Below are positions 10,443-21,509 of a stretch of DNA of 50,581 bases, piece by piece; positions within the stretch are counted from its first letter, which is position 1; the number at the start of each line of letters is the position of its first letter. The notes under the pieces are model-generated. The model saw only the letters and a list, made by a program, of their open reading frames with translations, made no database searches and had not been told where the DNA came from. The stretch comes from an uncultured bacterium (GTDB taxonomy: Bacteria; Actinomycetota; Actinomycetes; JAVEEB01): the NCBI GenBank assembly GCA_964236265.1, contig CAXSDE010000013.1:7737-58317 (forward strand). Reading direction: 5' to 3'. A program made the translations under genes and the position numbers.

Positions 10443-10515
10443 ACCCCGGTTGGGGGGCGCCGGGTTGGGGGGCGCCGGGTTGGGGGCCGGGCCGGGTCCC
10501 GGGTTGGCGTGGACG

Positions 10516-11109
10516 TTACGGGGCGAGGGTGGCCCGGTAGGAGACGCATTCGTCGTACGACGGAAGGAGTCCTTGCTCCTTGGCCTCAGCCAGAGTGGGC
10601 GCCGCCGCGTCCTTGTCCGACAGCAGCGGCTCCACCTCCGACGGCCACGCGATCGCGAGGCCCGGGTCGAGCGGGTTGATGCCGTGCTCGCCGGTCGGGT
10701 CGTACGGCGTCGAGCACAGGTAGACGACGGTCGCGTCGTCGGTCAGCGCGAGGAACCCGTGGCCGAGGCCTTCCGACAGGTAGACCGCGTGGTGGCCGGA
10801 ATCGTCCAGGGGGACGAAGGTCGACCGCCCGTACGTCGGGGAGCCGACGCGGATGTCGACCACCACGTCGAGGACGGCGCCGCGGACACACGTGACGTAC
10901 TTGGCCTGGCCGGGTGGGATGTCGGCGAAGTGGATGCCGCGCAGCGAGCCGCGCTTGGAGACCGAACAGTTGGCCTGCGCGAGCGACAGGTCGTGCCCCG
11001 TTGCGCCACCGAAGTCGGCCCCCCGGAACCACTCGAGGAAATGCCCACGGTCGTCGGCGAACACGCGCGGCTTGACGACCCAGGCGCCTTCGATGTCCAG
11101 CGGTTCCAC
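10516..11109 (-). CDS. rmlC: dTDP-4-dehydrorhamnose 3,5-epimerase
   Basis: FADDRGHFLEWF, QANCSVSKRGSLRGIHF, GQAKYVTC, EGLGHGF and LSDKD. Confidence 0.95.
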   Translation of the reverse strand: MEPLDIEGAWVVKPRVFADDRGHFLEWFRGADFGGATGHDLSLAQANCSVSKRGSLRGIHFADIPPGQAKYVTCVRGAVLDVVVDIRVGSPTYGRSTFVPLDDSGHHAVYLSEGLGHGFLALTDDATVVYLCSTPYDPTGEHGINPLDPGLAIAWPSEVEPLLSDKDAAAPTLAEAKEQGLLPSYDECVSYRATLAP

Positions 11110-11513
11110 TAGTGCTCCCTCGTCTCGGCGGCGCCCAGTCTAGGCGACGCATCGGGGACCGCCGCTGCCCGCCGCTCCCGCCGAGCGACCCACAAGAGTC
11201 CCGCCGCGAGCGCGAGGCACGGCAGCGCGATCATGTCGGCGACCGTGATCCCGTGATTCTGCGCGAGGACCTCCAGCACCGTCCCCTCGACCGGCCGGCT
11301 GACGCGCAGCCAGATCCCACTGACGACGACCAGTTCGGCGGCCATCCACACGAGGTGCCGCAGCTGCCGACGCTGGGCGACGAGCACTATCACCGCCGCA
11401 AATGACGACAGCAGGAGCAGCAGCAGCCACACCTTGATCTCGAAAGTCGCCGGTGACGGCCGGAAGCGCTCGAAGAAAGGACTCGGGGCGACGAGGGACA
11501 GCAGCAGCTTCAT
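11109..11513 (-). CDS. Hypothetical membrane protein
   Basis: Three hydrophobic stretches and an EGTVL..HGITVAD motif; stop abuts the rmlC start. Confidence 0.6.
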   Translation of the reverse strand: MKLLLSLVAPSPFFERFRPSPATFEIKVWLLLLLLSSFAAVIVLVAQRRQLRHLVWMAAELVVVSGIWLRVSRPVEGTVLEVLAQNHGITVADMIALPCLALAAGLLWVARRERRAAAVPDASPRLGAAETREH

Positions 11514-11689
11514 ACGCCGAATCTAGCAACGGCTCACCCCGCAGACCCGCCACGAGCCTGACCACGCGCGCCCCGCCGAGGCCACCTCTAAGGTGGCCGC
11601 ATGCGCGCGCCCTGGACCGAGGTTGGCGGCACGTGCGCTTCGCTGCATCCCCGCTCCCTCATCATCGCCGTCGCCTCGTTCGCAACGAG

Positions 11690-12055
11690 GTACGTCGAGT
11701 CGCGCGAAGGGCTCCCGCGTCTGGCCGCTGCCGGGCTGGGCGCGCACTTCCCGTACACGCAACTCATGCCGTTCTTCGGTCGCGGCGGTGTCGGGCTCTT
11801 CGCGCGCGTGCCGCGGTCGGAGGTCGGTGGCGTGGCCCGGAGTGGACATCCGGCTCCGCGGCGGCAACCGTCGACCTCGGGCCCGGCGTGCCCGCGCCGG
11901 TGGTGCTGGCCGCGCACGTGCCGGGCCCACTCGTCGTCGCCGGCGATTTCAACTCGACGCTGGACCAGGCACCATTCCGCACGATGCTCGCAGACAGCGG
12001 GCTGACTGACGGTGCCGACCCGGCACCGACCACCGCGCCGTCGTCGCGACGCTGA
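11690..12055 (+). pseudogene. Relic of an endonuclease/exonuclease/phosphatase-domain gene
   Basis: AGLGAHFPY..GGVGLFARVP in one frame and PLVVAGDFNSTLDQAPFRTMLADSGLTD in another; GDFN is the EEP motif. Boundaries approximate. Confidence 0.55.
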
Positions 12056-12092
12056 CACTCCAGCCCTGACTGACTTTTTCTGGGATCGAGGT

Positions 12093-13055
12093 CTACCGAT
12101 CGCCGAGGCGTTCGCCCGTGCGAAACTCCCACGCGTCGGCGACGATGCTCTCGATGCCGTGCGTCGGCCGCCAACCCAGCTCGGCGGCGATCTTCTTGTT
12201 CGAGGCGACGAGTCGTGCGGGGTCGCCGGCACGGCGCGGCCCGACCTCGTACGGCACCGTGCGGCCCGACACCCGCTCGACCGCGTCGATCAGCTGCAAC
12301 ACCGAGAATCCGGAGCCGTTGCCGAGGTTGAAGATGCGGTGCCTGCCCTCTTCGGCACCGTTGAGCGCGAGGATGTGCGCGTCAGCGAGGTCGTCGATGT
12401 GCACGTAGTCGCGGACGTTCGTGCCGTCCTCGGTGTCCCAGTCGGAGCCGAACACGTGCAGCTGGTCGCGCGTGCCGGTGGCCGCGTCGATGATGAGCGG
12501 CACGAGGTGGGACTCGGGATCGTGGCGCTCGCCGCGGTCGCCGTGCGCGCCGCCGACGTTGAAGTAACGCAGGCTCACGGCGGCGAGGTCGAACGCCTTC
12601 GCATAGCCGCCGATCATGAGGTCGACGGCCAGCTTCGAGGCACCGTAGGGGTTGGTCGGGCGCGTCGGCGCGTCTTCCTCGATGGGCACGGTGTCCGGCT
12701 CGCCGTACGTTGCGGCACTCGAGGAGAAGACCAGCCGCTTGACGTCGTGCGCGACGAGCGCGTCGAGCAGTGCCATCGTCCCGGCGACGTTGGTGCGCCA
12801 GTAGAGGTCGGGCTTGCCGACCGACTCCGCGACCTGCGACTTGGCGGCGAAGTGCAGGACGCCGTCGAAGCCGCCCGCGAGGACCTTCCCGGCCTGCGTG
12901 ATGTCGGCCTCGACGAAGGTCGCCCCGTCCGGCACCGCGTCGACGAAACCGGTCGAGAGGTCGTCGAGCACCACGATCTCGTGGCCCTGCTCGACGAGGA
13001 CCGTCCCGACGCAGCTGCCGATGTAGCCGGCGCCGCCTGTCACGAGCAGTTTCAC
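12093..13055 (-). CDS. galE: UDP-glucose 4-epimerase
   Basis: [46 protein letters not shown] and VRDYVHI. Confidence 0.95.
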   Translation of the reverse strand: MKLLVTGGAGYIGSCVGTVLVEQGHEIVVLDDLSTGFVDAVPDGATFVEADITQAGKVLAGGFDGVLHFAAKSQVAESVGKPDLYWRTNVAGTMALLDALVAHDVKRLVFSSSAATYGEPDTVPIEEDAPTRPTNPYGASKLAVDLMIGGYAKAFDLAAVSLRYFNVGGAHGDRGERHDPESHLVPLIIDAATGTRDQLHVFGSDWDTEDGTNVRDYVHIDDLADAHILALNGAEEGRHRIFNLGNGSGFSVLQLIDAVERVSGRTVPYEVGPRRAGDPARLVASNKKIAAELGWRPTHGIESIVADAWEFRTGERLGDR

Positions 13056-13122
13056 GGGTGCCTCCGGTCTGCGGGCTACGGCGCCAGTCTATTGCGGACG
13101 CCCCGCGTGCGACGCTGGGGCG

Positions 13123-14118
13123 GTGACCTGCGCAGATCCCGCCGTCGCCGCGCAGCGGGAGATGCAGGCCACCGGGCTGCTGCTCGGTTGGCATCGACCG
13201 CGGACCGGCCGTTGGCGTACGCCGACAGGCGAGGCGTGGATGCCCGCACTGATGCTCGAGTCCGTCCTTGCTTCGTATCCGCGCACGCGTTCCGACGACT
13301 ATCTGCGCGTCGTCGACCGGTCGTTCGGGCGCTATCGCAACCGGCGGTCCCGCTACTACGACGACAACGGCTGGTATGCCAACGTGTGGATCAGCGCGTA
13401 TGACGCCACCGGCGACCGCCGCTACCTCGACGAAGCGCGCGCCGTGTTCCGTGACATGACGGCCGGTTGGGACGACCATTGCGGCGGCGGACTGTGGTGG
13501 CGCACCAATCGGGACTACAAGAACGCCATCACCACCGCGTTGTTTCTCCGTGCGGCCGCGCGACTGGCTCGGCTCTGTCCGGACGGTTCGTACGGGGATC
13601 GGGCGGGGCGCGCGTGGACGTGGGTCGACGCGTCCGGTCTCATCACCCCCGCGTCGCTCGTCGTCGACGGGCTCGATGCGGCGTGCGCGCCCACCGGTCC
13701 CGCGTGGACCTACAACCAGGGCGTCCTCGTCGGCGCGCTCGTGGAGTTGTCTGCCTGCACCGGCGACGGCGAGCTGCTCGTCCGCGCGCGGTCCATCGCC
13801 GACGCCGCGATGGCCACGCTCGTCACTGCGGACGGAATCCTTCAGGAGCACTGCGAAGTGACGGCCGCCTGCGATGGCGACCAGCGGATCTTCAAAGGCG
13901 TCTTCGCCCAGGCTTTGGGACGGTTGTACGACGTGACGCAGCATCTCGCGTACCGCGCCTTCCTCGTCCACAACGCCGACGCCGTGTGGGACCACGCGCG
14001 GACGCGGGACGGCGTGATCGGCTTGCACTGGTCGGGTCCGCCCGGTCACGCCGATGCGGCGACGCACGCCTCGGGCGTGTTGCTGCTCGGCGCGGTCGCA
14101 CGAGTCGTCGCTGGCTAG
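13123..14118 (+). CDS. Glycoside hydrolase family 76 protein
   Basis: YYDDNGW catalytic DD motif, CGGGLWW, YKNAIT, WTYNQG and FKGVF. Confidence 0.88.
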   Translation: MTCADPAVAAQREMQATGLLLGWHRPRTGRWRTPTGEAWMPALMLESVLASYPRTRSDDYLRVVDRSFGRYRNRRSRYYDDNGWYANVWISAYDATGDRRYLDEARAVFRDMTAGWDDHCGGGLWWRTNRDYKNAITTALFLRAAARLARLCPDGSYGDRAGRAWTWVDASGLITPASLVVDGLDAACAPTGPAWTYNQGVLVGALVELSACTGDGELLVRARSIADAAMATLVTADGILQEHCEVTAACDGDQRIFKGVFAQALGRLYDVTQHLAYRAFLVHNADAVWDHARTRDGVIGLHWSGPPGHADAATHASGVLLLGAVARVVAG

Positions 14119-14174
14119 CCTTGTGGGCTTGCTGCGCGACGGGCGCTGTGCACGGAGCGCGGCTTGCACGGAGT

Positions 14175-14220
14175 GCGGCCTGCTTGCCGCGCGGAGAGCG
14201 GCCTGCTTGCCGCGCGGAGA
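14175..14220. repeat. 23-bp direct tandem repeat x2
   Basis: GCGGCCTGCTTGCCGCGCGGAGA at 14175 and 14198. Confidence 0.8.
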
Positions 14221-14282
14221 GCCGCTTGCGCCGGATCAGCTCCTGTCCGGTGGCGCCCCGGCGGGGCGGGGGCTGCTACGCG

Positions 14283-14475
14283 GGCGCTATGCCCTGAGGA
14301 CGCACATGTCCTCAGGGTGATGACTCAGCCGTCATCACTGCCTAGCGGGCGTCCAGTGGTCCACGGGCGCCGAGGGTCCACGGAGCCGACGCAGACGGAG
14401 TGCTCGCCCGCGGCCTGCGGTGGTGACGTCCGCGTCCTCGCCCTGAGGACAGGCGCGTCGTCAGGGCATAGCGCC
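14283..14475. mobile_element. MITE/REP-doublet-like element with 21-bp terminal inverted repeats
   Basis: GGCGCTATGCCCTGAGGACGC (14283-14303) pairs with GCGTCGTCAGGGCATAGCGCC (14455-14475) at 20/21 positions; each end also forms its own CCCTGAGGAC hairpin. Confidence 0.55.
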
Positions 14476-14529
14476 GGCCGAGGGACACCTTTCCCGGACC
14501 GACGGGGGAAGGATCGCGTCGTTCGCCGG

Positions 14530-17130
14530 CTAGCGGGCCGCCGCCTGACGATCCGCCGCGACCGTCAGCCCCGACCGGTCCTCCGCCACGTCCACGACCA
14601 CCGTGTCGCCGTCCGTGATCTCCCCACTCAGCAACGCCCGCGCCAGCTTGTCGCCCACCGCGGTCTGCACGAGCCGTCGCAACGGGCGCGCGCCATACCT
14701 GGGGTCATAGCCCGTCAGCGCCAGCCACTCCCGCGCCCCCGGCGTGACCTCCAACGACAACCGCCGCGTCCGCAGCCGCGCAGCCAGCCGGTCCACCTGC
14801 AGATCGACGATGCGCGTCAGCTGCTCGGTGCCGAGCGCCCGGAAGACGACCACATCATCGAGCCGATTCACGAACTCCGGCTTGAAAGATGCCCGCACGA
14901 CCGCCAGCACCGCCTCCTCGCGGGCCGCGTCGTCGAGGGCCGGATCGGTGAGAAACTCTGAGCCCAGGTTGGATGTCAGGATCAGGATCGCGTTGGTGAA
15001 GTCGACGGTGCGGCCCTGCCCGTCGGTGAGTCGTCCGTCATCGAGCACCTGCAGCAGCACGTCGAACACGTCCGGGTGCGCCTTCTCGACCTCGTCCAGC
15101 AGGATCACGCTGTAGGGCCGCCGGCGCACCGCCTCCGTCAGCTGACCGCCCTCGTCATAGCCGACGTAACCCGGAGGGGCGCCGACGAGCCGCGACACGG
15201 AGTGCTTCTCGCCGTACTCGCTCATGTCGATGCGCACCATCGCCTTGTCGTCGTCGAACAGGTAGGACGCGAGGGCCTTCGCCAGCTCCGTCTTCCCGAC
15301 GCCCGTAGGCCCGAGGAACAGGAACGACCCCATCGGCCGGTTCTCGTCCGCGATGCCGGCGCGCGACCGTCGCACCGCATCGGAGATCGAGCGCACCGCG
15401 GCGTCCTGCCCGACGACGCGCTGCTCCAGCTCGTCCTCCATCCGCAGCAGCTTCGCCGTCTCACCCTCGAGCAACCGGCCCGCGGGGATGCCGGTCCACG
15501 CCGCCACCACGTCCGCCACGTCGTCCGGCCCGACCTCTTCCTTCACCATCGCGTCCGCCGACTCCGCGTCGACCGCCGCCTCCGTCAGCTCGGCCTCGGC
15601 GGCGGGAATGTCGGCGTACATCAACCGTGACGCCGCCTCGAAGTTGCCGTCTCGCTGTGCGCGCTCGGCCTGCCCGCGCAGGTCGTCGAGACGTTCCTTC
15701 ACCTCGCCCACGCGGTTGAGGCCGGACTTCTCCTTCTCCCAACGGGCGTTGAGCGCGTTGAGCTTCTCACCGTCGTCGGCCAGCCGCGCGCGCAGAGCCT
15801 CGAGCCGCGCCACCGACGCCGGGTCGTCCTCACGTCCGAGCGCCATCTCCTCCATGCGCAGCCGGTCGACCGAACGCTGCAGCTCGTCGATCTCCACCGG
15901 ACGCGAATCGATCTCCATGCGCAGCCGCGACGCGGCCTCGTCGACGAGGTCGATCGCCTTGTCGGGCAGGAATCTCGACGTGATGTAGCGGTCGGACAGC
16001 GTTGCCGCGGCGACGAGCGCCGCGTCGCTGATCGACACCTTGTGATGCGCCTCGTAGCGGCCGCGCAGCCCGCGCAGGATGCCGATCGTGTCCTCGACCG
16101 TCGGCTCGCCGACCAGCACCTGCTGGAAGCGCCGTTCGAGCGCCGGGTCCTTCTCGATGTGCTGGCGGTATTCATCGAGCGTCGTCGCGCCGACCATCCG
16201 CAGCTCCCCGCGCGCGAGCATCGGCTTGAGCATGTTGCCCGCATCCATCGCGGAGTCGCCCGTCGCGCCCGCCCCGACGACCGTGTGCAGCTCGTCGATG
16301 AACGTCACGACCTGACCGTTCGACTCGCGGATCTCCGTCAACACCGCCTTGAGCCGCTCCTCGAACTCGCCACGGTATTTCGCGCCCGCCACCATCGCGC
16401 CCAGGTCCAACGACATCAACCGCTTGCCCCGCAACGATTCCGGCACATCCGCGGCGACGATCCGCTGCGCCAACCCCTCGACAACAGCGGTCTTGCCGAC
16501 GCCCGGTTCGCCAATGAGGACAGGGTTGTTCTTCGTACGACGAGAAAGCACTTGCACCACCCGGCGGATCTCGGCATCGCGGCCGATGACCGGGTCGAGC
16601 TTGCCGTCGCGGGCCTGTGCGGTGAGGTCGACCGCATACTTCTCCAACGCCTGGAACGTCGCTTCCGGATCGGCCGTCGTCACCCGCGTGTGGCCGCGGA
16701 CGCCCTCGAGCGCATCGAGCAGCGCGTCCGGGGTCGCGCCGAGCTCTCGCAACGCGTCTGCCACCGGGCCGCCCTTGTCGGCGAGCCCCACCAACAGGTG
16801 CTCGGCCGAGACGTAGTCGTCGCCGAGCGAGCGGGCGCGCGCGTTCGCGTCATCGAGCACGAGCATCGTGGGACGCGCCATGCCCGGCGCCTGCACCGAC
16901 GATCCGCTCGCCGACGGCAACCGGTCCAGGAGCTCCTGCGCGCGCAACCGTGTCTTGTCCGCACCAGCACCGACCGCGTCCAGCAGCGGCCCGACGGTCG
17001 TGTCGGTCTGCGCGGTCAGCGCGGCGAGCAGATGCGCCGGCTCGACGTGCGCGTGCCCGGCAGCCGACGCTCGCCGGACCGCGTCCGAGAGCGCCTCCTG
17101 GCTGCGGGTGGTGAGCTTGTGTCCGTCCAT
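14530..17130 (-). CDS. clpB: ATP-dependent chaperone ClpB
   Basis: Two AAA+ modules ([16 protein letters not shown]), [11 protein letters not shown], middle coiled coil and [13 protein letters not shown]. Confidence 0.98.
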   Translation of the reverse strand: MDGHKLTTRSQEALSDAVRRASAAGHAHVEPAHLLAALTAQTDTTVGPLLDAVGAGADKTRLRAQELLDRLPSASGSSVQAPGMARPTMLVLDDANARARSLGDDYVSAEHLLVGLADKGGPVADALRELGATPDALLDALEGVRGHTRVTTADPEATFQALEKYAVDLTAQARDGKLDPVIGRDAEIRRVVQVLSRRTKNNPVLIGEPGVGKTAVVEGLAQRIVAADVPESLRGKRLMSLDLGAMVAGAKYRGEFEERLKAVLTEIRESNGQVVTFIDELHTVVGAGATGDSAMDAGNMLKPMLARGELRMVGATTLDEYRQHIEKDPALERRFQQVLVGEPTVEDTIGILRGLRGRYEAHHKVSISDAALVAAATLSDRYITSRFLPDKAIDLVDEAASRLRMEIDSRPVEIDELQRSVDRLRMEEMALGREDDPASVARLEALRARLADDGEKLNALNARWEKEKSGLNRVGEVKERLDDLRGQAERAQRDGNFEAASRLMYADIPAAEAELTEAAVDAESADAMVKEEVGPDDVADVVAAWTGIPAGRLLEGETAKLLRMEDELEQRVVGQDAAVRSISDAVRRSRAGIADENRPMGSFLFLGPTGVGKTELAKALASYLFDDDKAMVRIDMSEYGEKHSVSRLVGAPPGYVGYDEGGQLTEAVRRRPYSVILLDEVEKAHPDVFDVLLQVLDDGRLTDGQGRTVDFTNAILILTSNLGSEFLTDPALDDAAREEAVLAVVRASFKPEFVNRLDDVVVFRALGTEQLTRIVDLQVDRLAARLRTRRLSLEVTPGAREWLALTGYDPRYGARPLRRLVQTAVGDKLARALLSGEITDGDTVVVDVAEDRSGLTVAADRQAAAR

Positions 17131-17199
17131 CGGAACCTCCGAAACTGAGTGTCACCTGCCGGCAGCGGCCATTCCTCAGCGCTGCGCTGCATACCCCAC

Positions 17200-17616
17200 C
17201 TATGCCAGCGGCTGAGCCGCGCGCCACAGGACCAGCTCGCCGCCGGCGAACGGGGTGACATCGCGGCGACGCGCGCGGGCCACATCGCGCTGTGCCTGGA
17301 TCGTGGCCACGGCCAGCTCGTGCTGCAGCTCGCCGATCCGCCGGCGAAGTGCGTCGACGGCGACCTCGATCTCGAGGATGCGCTTGATGCCGGCGAGGTT
17401 GACGCCGTAGTCCTGGGACAGCTCCTGCACCGACCGCAGGAGGGCCACGTCACGCGCCGAATAGCGCCGGCCCCCGCCTGTTGCGCGCCCCGGCGTCACG
17501 AGCCCGAGCCGGTCGTACTGGCGCAGCGTCTGCGGGTGCATCCCCGCCAACTGGGCCGCCACGGAGATGACGAACACCGGGGTGTCGTCGCCGGGCAACG
17601 TCCCGTCGACCGTCAC
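17200..17616 (-). CDS. hspR: Heat-shock repressor HspR (MerR family)
   Basis: PVFVISVAAQLAGMHPQTLRQYDRLGLV and GVNLAGIKRIL; follows dnaJ. Confidence 0.95.
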   Translation of the reverse strand: MTVDGTLPGDDTPVFVISVAAQLAGMHPQTLRQYDRLGLVTPGRATGGGRRYSARDVALLRSVQELSQDYGVNLAGIKRILEIEVAVDALRRRIGELQHELAVATIQAQRDVARARRRDVTPFAGGELVLWRAAQPLA

Positions 17617-18794
17617 GCCGTCGTCCCCACTCTCGAGAAGAGGCTCGCGCGCGGGTCGGCCGGAGCCGCTGCCGCGAACTGCTCCAGCGCGGTGCGCGCC
17701 GCGTGGCTCAGCTCGGCCGGGACGGTGACCTCGACCGTCACGAGCAGGTCGCCCATCGTGCCGTCCTTGCGCCGCACGCCCTTGCCGCGGACGCGGAAGG
17801 TGCGCCCCGAGGGGGTGCCGGGCGCCACCTTCAACGACACGGGGAGCCCGCCGAGCGTCGGCACGCTGACCGTCGCCCCCAGCGCCGCCTCGGCGAACGT
17901 GATCGGCACCGCCAGCTTGAGATTGTCGCCATCGCGCGAGAAGAGAGGATCACCGCTCACATGTACGACGACCAGCAGGTCGCCCGACACTCCGCCGGCC
18001 GCGCCCGGCTGACCCTTGCCCTTGAGGCGGATGCGCTGACCGTTCGCGACTCCGGCAGGGACGCGGATCTGCAACGTGCGCTGGACATTCACGTCGCCGT
18101 CGCCGCCGCACGTGGGGCATTTCTCGTCGATGACCACCCCTCGGCCGCGGCACTCCTTGCACGGCTCGGAGAAACCGAAACCGCCGAGGTTGCGGTTGTT
18201 GACGCCGGTGCCCGCACACACCGGACACACCCGCGGCATGGTGCCCGGCTTCGCGCCGTTGCCGTGGCACGTCGGGCACGTCTCGCTCACGGTGAGACGC
18301 AGTGGGATCGTCACGCCCTCCGCCGCCTCGAGGAAGGACACGGTGATCTCACTTTCGAGGTCGTCGCCCTTCACCGCCGCCGAGCGACCGCCGCGGCTGA
18401 ACAGGCCGCCGAAGAGGTCGCCCACACCGCCGGCCTGCGCCGCGCCACCGCGGCCGAACAGGTCGTTGATGTCGAAGGAGAACCCGCCCGCGGTCGGCCC
18501 GGTCCCGGTGCCGGTGCCTGGGCGCGCGGCGCCGCCGCCGGGCCGCAGGCCACCGGACCCGAACAATGATCGGGCCTCGTCGTACTCCTTGCGCTTCTTG
18601 TCGTCCGAGAGCACGTCGTACGCCTCGGACACTTCCTTGAACCGGTCCTCGGCGGCGGTGTCACCCTTGTTGGCGTCGGGATGATGCTTGCGCGCGAGGG
18701 ACCGGTAGGCCTTCTTTATAGCGGCGGCGTCCGAGTCCTTCGGTACACCGAGGACCTTGTAGAAGTCCTTCTCGATCCAGTCGCGCGCGCTCAC
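17613..18794 (-). CDS. dnaJ: Chaperone DnaJ
   Basis: DWIEKDFYKVLGV, HPD motif and four CxxCxGxG repeats; start GTG 18794. Confidence 0.96.
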   Translation of the reverse strand: MSARDWIEKDFYKVLGVPKDSDAAAIKKAYRSLARKHHPDANKGDTAAEDRFKEVSEAYDVLSDDKKRKEYDEARSLFGSGGLRPGGGAARPGTGTGTGPTAGGFSFDINDLFGRGGAAQAGGVGDLFGGLFSRGGRSAAVKGDDLESEITVSFLEAAEGVTIPLRLTVSETCPTCHGNGAKPGTMPRVCPVCAGTGVNNRNLGGFGFSEPCKECRGRGVVIDEKCPTCGGDGDVNVQRTLQIRVPAGVANGQRIRLKGKGQPGAAGGVSGDLLVVVHVSGDPLFSRDGDNLKLAVPITFAEAALGATVSVPTLGGLPVSLKVAPGTPSGRTFRVRGKGVRRKDGTMGDLLVTVEVTVPAELSHAARTALEQFAAAAPADPRASLFSRVGTTA

Positions 18795-18795
18795 A

Positions 18796-19503
18796 TCAGC
18801 CTTCCGCCGTGCCGTCGTCCGTCGCGGCGTCGTCTGTCGTGCCGCCGTCTGTCGTGGCAGCGCTCGGCTCGACCAGCGAGTCGGGTTCGACGACACCGAC
18901 GCGGGCCGGACGCAGCACCCGGTCGCCGAGCCGGTAGCCCGGCTGGTAGATCTGCGCAGCCGTCGGCTCCGTGACGTTGTCGCCGTACGCGTGCGTGAGC
19001 GCCTCGTGCACCTGGGGGTCGAACGGCTCGCCGGCCTCGCCGAACGGCGTCATGCCGAGCTTGACCGTGACTGCCTCCAGCGCCTCGGCCACGGACTTGA
19101 AGCCGCCCTCGAGCTCACCGTGCTCGCGTGCGCGGCCGATGTCGTCGAGCACCGGCAGCAGGTTGGCGAGGACCGTCGCGAGGGCGAGATCGGCGGTGGC
19201 CTGCCTGTCGCGTTCGATGCGTCGCCGGTAGTTGTCGAACTCCGCCTTCACCCGTTGCAGATCACCCGTGCGCTCGATGAGTTGCACCTCGAGGTCGTCT
19301 GCCCGCAGGTCGCCGCTCGCCTGCCCGCTCTTCCCTTCTTCTTGGTTCGGTGCGCCGACCGTGGCCGCGGGGCCGGCGCCGGCCGGCCCCGCAGGTGTCG
19401 TCGTACCGTCGAAATCTTGTGTCGTGGCACGCACTTCGCCGGTGACGGGGTCGACGCGCCGCTTGTCGCGGATCACCGTCTCGCCCTGGTCGAACTCGCT
19501 CAC
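18796..19503 (-). CDS. grpE: Nucleotide exchange factor GrpE
   Basis: [23 protein letters not shown] and [14 protein letters not shown]. Confidence 0.95.
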   Translation of the reverse strand: MSEFDQGETVIRDKRRVDPVTGEVRATTQDFDGTTTPAGPAGAGPAATVGAPNQEEGKSGQASGDLRADDLEVQLIERTGDLQRVKAEFDNYRRRIERDRQATADLALATVLANLLPVLDDIGRAREHGELEGGFKSVAEALEAVTVKLGMTPFGEAGEPFDPQVHEALTHAYGDNVTEPTAAQIYQPGYRLGDRVLRPARVGVVEPDSLVEPSAATTDGGTTDDAATDDGTAEG

Positions 19504-21329
19504 TTGGCGCCGTCCTCGTCCACGATCTCGGCGTCGACGACGTCGTCATCACCGCTGGAGTCGCCGGACCCGGTGGAGCCGCCGGCCGTCGCCTGCTGGT
19601 TTTCGTACAGGCTGGCGCCCATCCGCTGGCTCACGGTCGCGAGGTGCTCGCTGGTGCTCTTGATGGCGTCGAAGTCGGCGCCCTCCAGTGACTTCTTCGT
19701 GTCGGCGAGTGCGGTGTCGACCTCCGTGCGGACGTCGGCGGCAATCTTGTCGCCGTTGTCCGTCAGGAACTTCTCCGTCTGGTAGACGAGCTGCTCGGCG
19801 CCGTTGCGGACCTCGGCCTGCTCGCGGCGCTTGCGGTCCTCCTCGGCGTACTCCTCCGCCTCGGCCATCATGCGGGCGATGTCGTCCTTCGGCAGCGCGG
19901 AGCCACCGGTGATGGTCATCGACTGCTCCTTGCCGGTGCCGAGGTCCTTCGCGCCGACGTGCACGATGCCGTTGGCGTCGATGTCGAACGTGACCTCGAT
20001 CTGCGGCACGCCGCGCGGGGCGGGAGCGATGCCGGTCAGGTCGAACGTGCCGAGCTTCTTGTTGTAGGTCGCGATGTCGCGCTCCCCCTGGAAGACCTGG
20101 ATCTGCACGGACGGCTGGCTGTCATCGGCCGTCGTGAAGATCTCACTGCGCTTCGTCGGGATCGTCGTGTTGCGCTCGATGATCTTGGTGAAGATGCCGC
20201 CCTTGGTCTCGATGCCGAGGGACAGGGGTGTGACGTCGAGGAGCAGGACGTCCTTGACCTCACCCTTGAGGACACCGGCCTGCAGGCTCGCGCCGACGGC
20301 GACGACCTCGTCCGGGTTGACGCCCTTGTTGGGCTCGCGGCCGCCCGTCAGCTCCTTGACCAGGTCGACGACGGCCGGCATGCGGGTCGAGCCGCCGACG
20401 AGCACGACGTGGTGGATGTCGGCGACCTTGATGCCGGCGTCCTTGACCGCGTTGAGGAACGGCTTGCGGCACCGCTCGAGCAGGTCGGCGGTCAGGCGCA
20501 TGAACTCCGCGCGGCTCAGGCTGCGCTCGAGGTGCACCGGGCCGTTGGCAGTGGCGGTGATGTAGGGAAGCGTGATCGTCGTCTCGGTCGACTGGCTGAG
20601 CTCGATCTTCGCCTTCTCGGCGGCCTCGCGCAGTCGCTGCATGGCCATCTTGTCGGCGGCGAGGTCGACCCCGTGCTCGGACCGGAAGCCTTCGACGAGC
20701 CAGTTCATGACGCGCTCGTCCCAGTCGTCGCCGCCGAGGTGGTTGTCGCCGCTGGTGGCCTTGACCTCGATGACGCCCTCGCCGATCTCCAGCAGGGACA
20801 CGTCGAACGTGCCGCCGCCGAGGTCGAAGACGAGGATCGTCTGGTCGTTCTCCTTGTCCATCCCGTAGGCGAGGGCCGCCGCGGTGGGCTCGTTGATGAT
20901 GCGCAGGACGTTGAGGCCGGCGATCGTGCCCGCCTCCTGGGTCGCCTGGCGCTGCGCGTCGTTGAAGTACGCAGGGACGGTGATGACGGCGTCCGTCACC
21001 GTGTCGCCGAGGAAAGCTTCGGCGTCGCGCTTGAGCTTCTGCAGGATGAAGGCGCTGATCTGCTGCGGGGTGAAGTCCTTGCCGTCGATCTTCTCGGTCC
21101 AGTCCGTGCCGATGTGGCGCTTGACGGAGCGGATGGTGCGGTCGGGGTTGGTGACCGCCTGGCGCTTGGCGACCTCCCCGACGAGGACTTCGCCGTTCTT
21201 CGCGAACGCGACGACGGACGGGGTGGTGCGAGCGCCTTCGGCGTTGGCGATGACCGTGGGCTCGCCACCTTCGAGAACGCTGACGACGCTGTTGGTCGTA
21301 CCGAGGTCAATTCCGACCGCACGGGCCAT
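19500..21329 (-). CDS. dnaK: Chaperone DnaK
   Basis: [38 protein letters not shown] and [15 protein letters not shown]; start ATG 21329. Confidence 0.98.
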   Translation of the reverse strand: MARAVGIDLGTTNSVVSVLEGGEPTVIANAEGARTTPSVVAFAKNGEVLVGEVAKRQAVTNPDRTIRSVKRHIGTDWTEKIDGKDFTPQQISAFILQKLKRDAEAFLGDTVTDAVITVPAYFNDAQRQATQEAGTIAGLNVLRIINEPTAAALAYGMDKENDQTILVFDLGGGTFDVSLLEIGEGVIEVKATSGDNHLGGDDWDERVMNWLVEGFRSEHGVDLAADKMAMQRLREAAEKAKIELSQSTETTITLPYITATANGPVHLERSLSRAEFMRLTADLLERCRKPFLNAVKDAGIKVADIHHVVLVGGSTRMPAVVDLVKELTGGREPNKGVNPDEVVAVGASLQAGVLKGEVKDVLLLDVTPLSLGIETKGGIFTKIIERNTTIPTKRSEIFTTADDSQPSVQIQVFQGERDIATYNKKLGTFDLTGIAPAPRGVPQIEVTFDIDANGIVHVGAKDLGTGKEQSMTITGGSALPKDDIARMMAEAEEYAEEDRKRREQAEVRNGAEQLVYQTEKFLTDNGDKIAADVRTEVDTALADTKKSLEGADFDAIKSTSEHLATVSQRMGASLYENQQATAGGSTGSGDSSGDDDVVDAEIVDEDGAK

Positions 21330-21363
21330 GATGGTTGCTCCTTGAACTGTGATGGGTGCCTGA

Positions 21364-21436
21364 CTTGAGTCTCTTGCACTCAGGTTAACGCTGCGGCCCA
21401 CCCTGTCAATTCCACGTTGCGCGAAGTCGGCTCAAC
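21364..21436 (-). promoter_or_regulatory. dnaK promoter with two HAIR (HspR) operators
   Basis: CTTGAGT-N7-ACTCAGG (21364-21384) and GTTGCGC-N7-GCTCAAC (21416-21436) versus consensus CTTGAGT-N7-ACTCAAG. Minus-strand TTGACA (21409-21404) and TAACCT (21387-21382) are 16 nt apart. Confidence 0.88.
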
Positions 21437-21509
21437 TTTCTGTCCCGGGTCTCGCGGGCCGGCCGGCCAGCTCGGCATCGGCCGGCAGATCGTCCGTTAG
21501 GCTGCGCGC

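Noticed and set aside
17131-17199. HAIR site upstream of clpB
   Set aside because: Only a half-site-like CTGAGT is present, with no matching second arm at 7-bp spacing.
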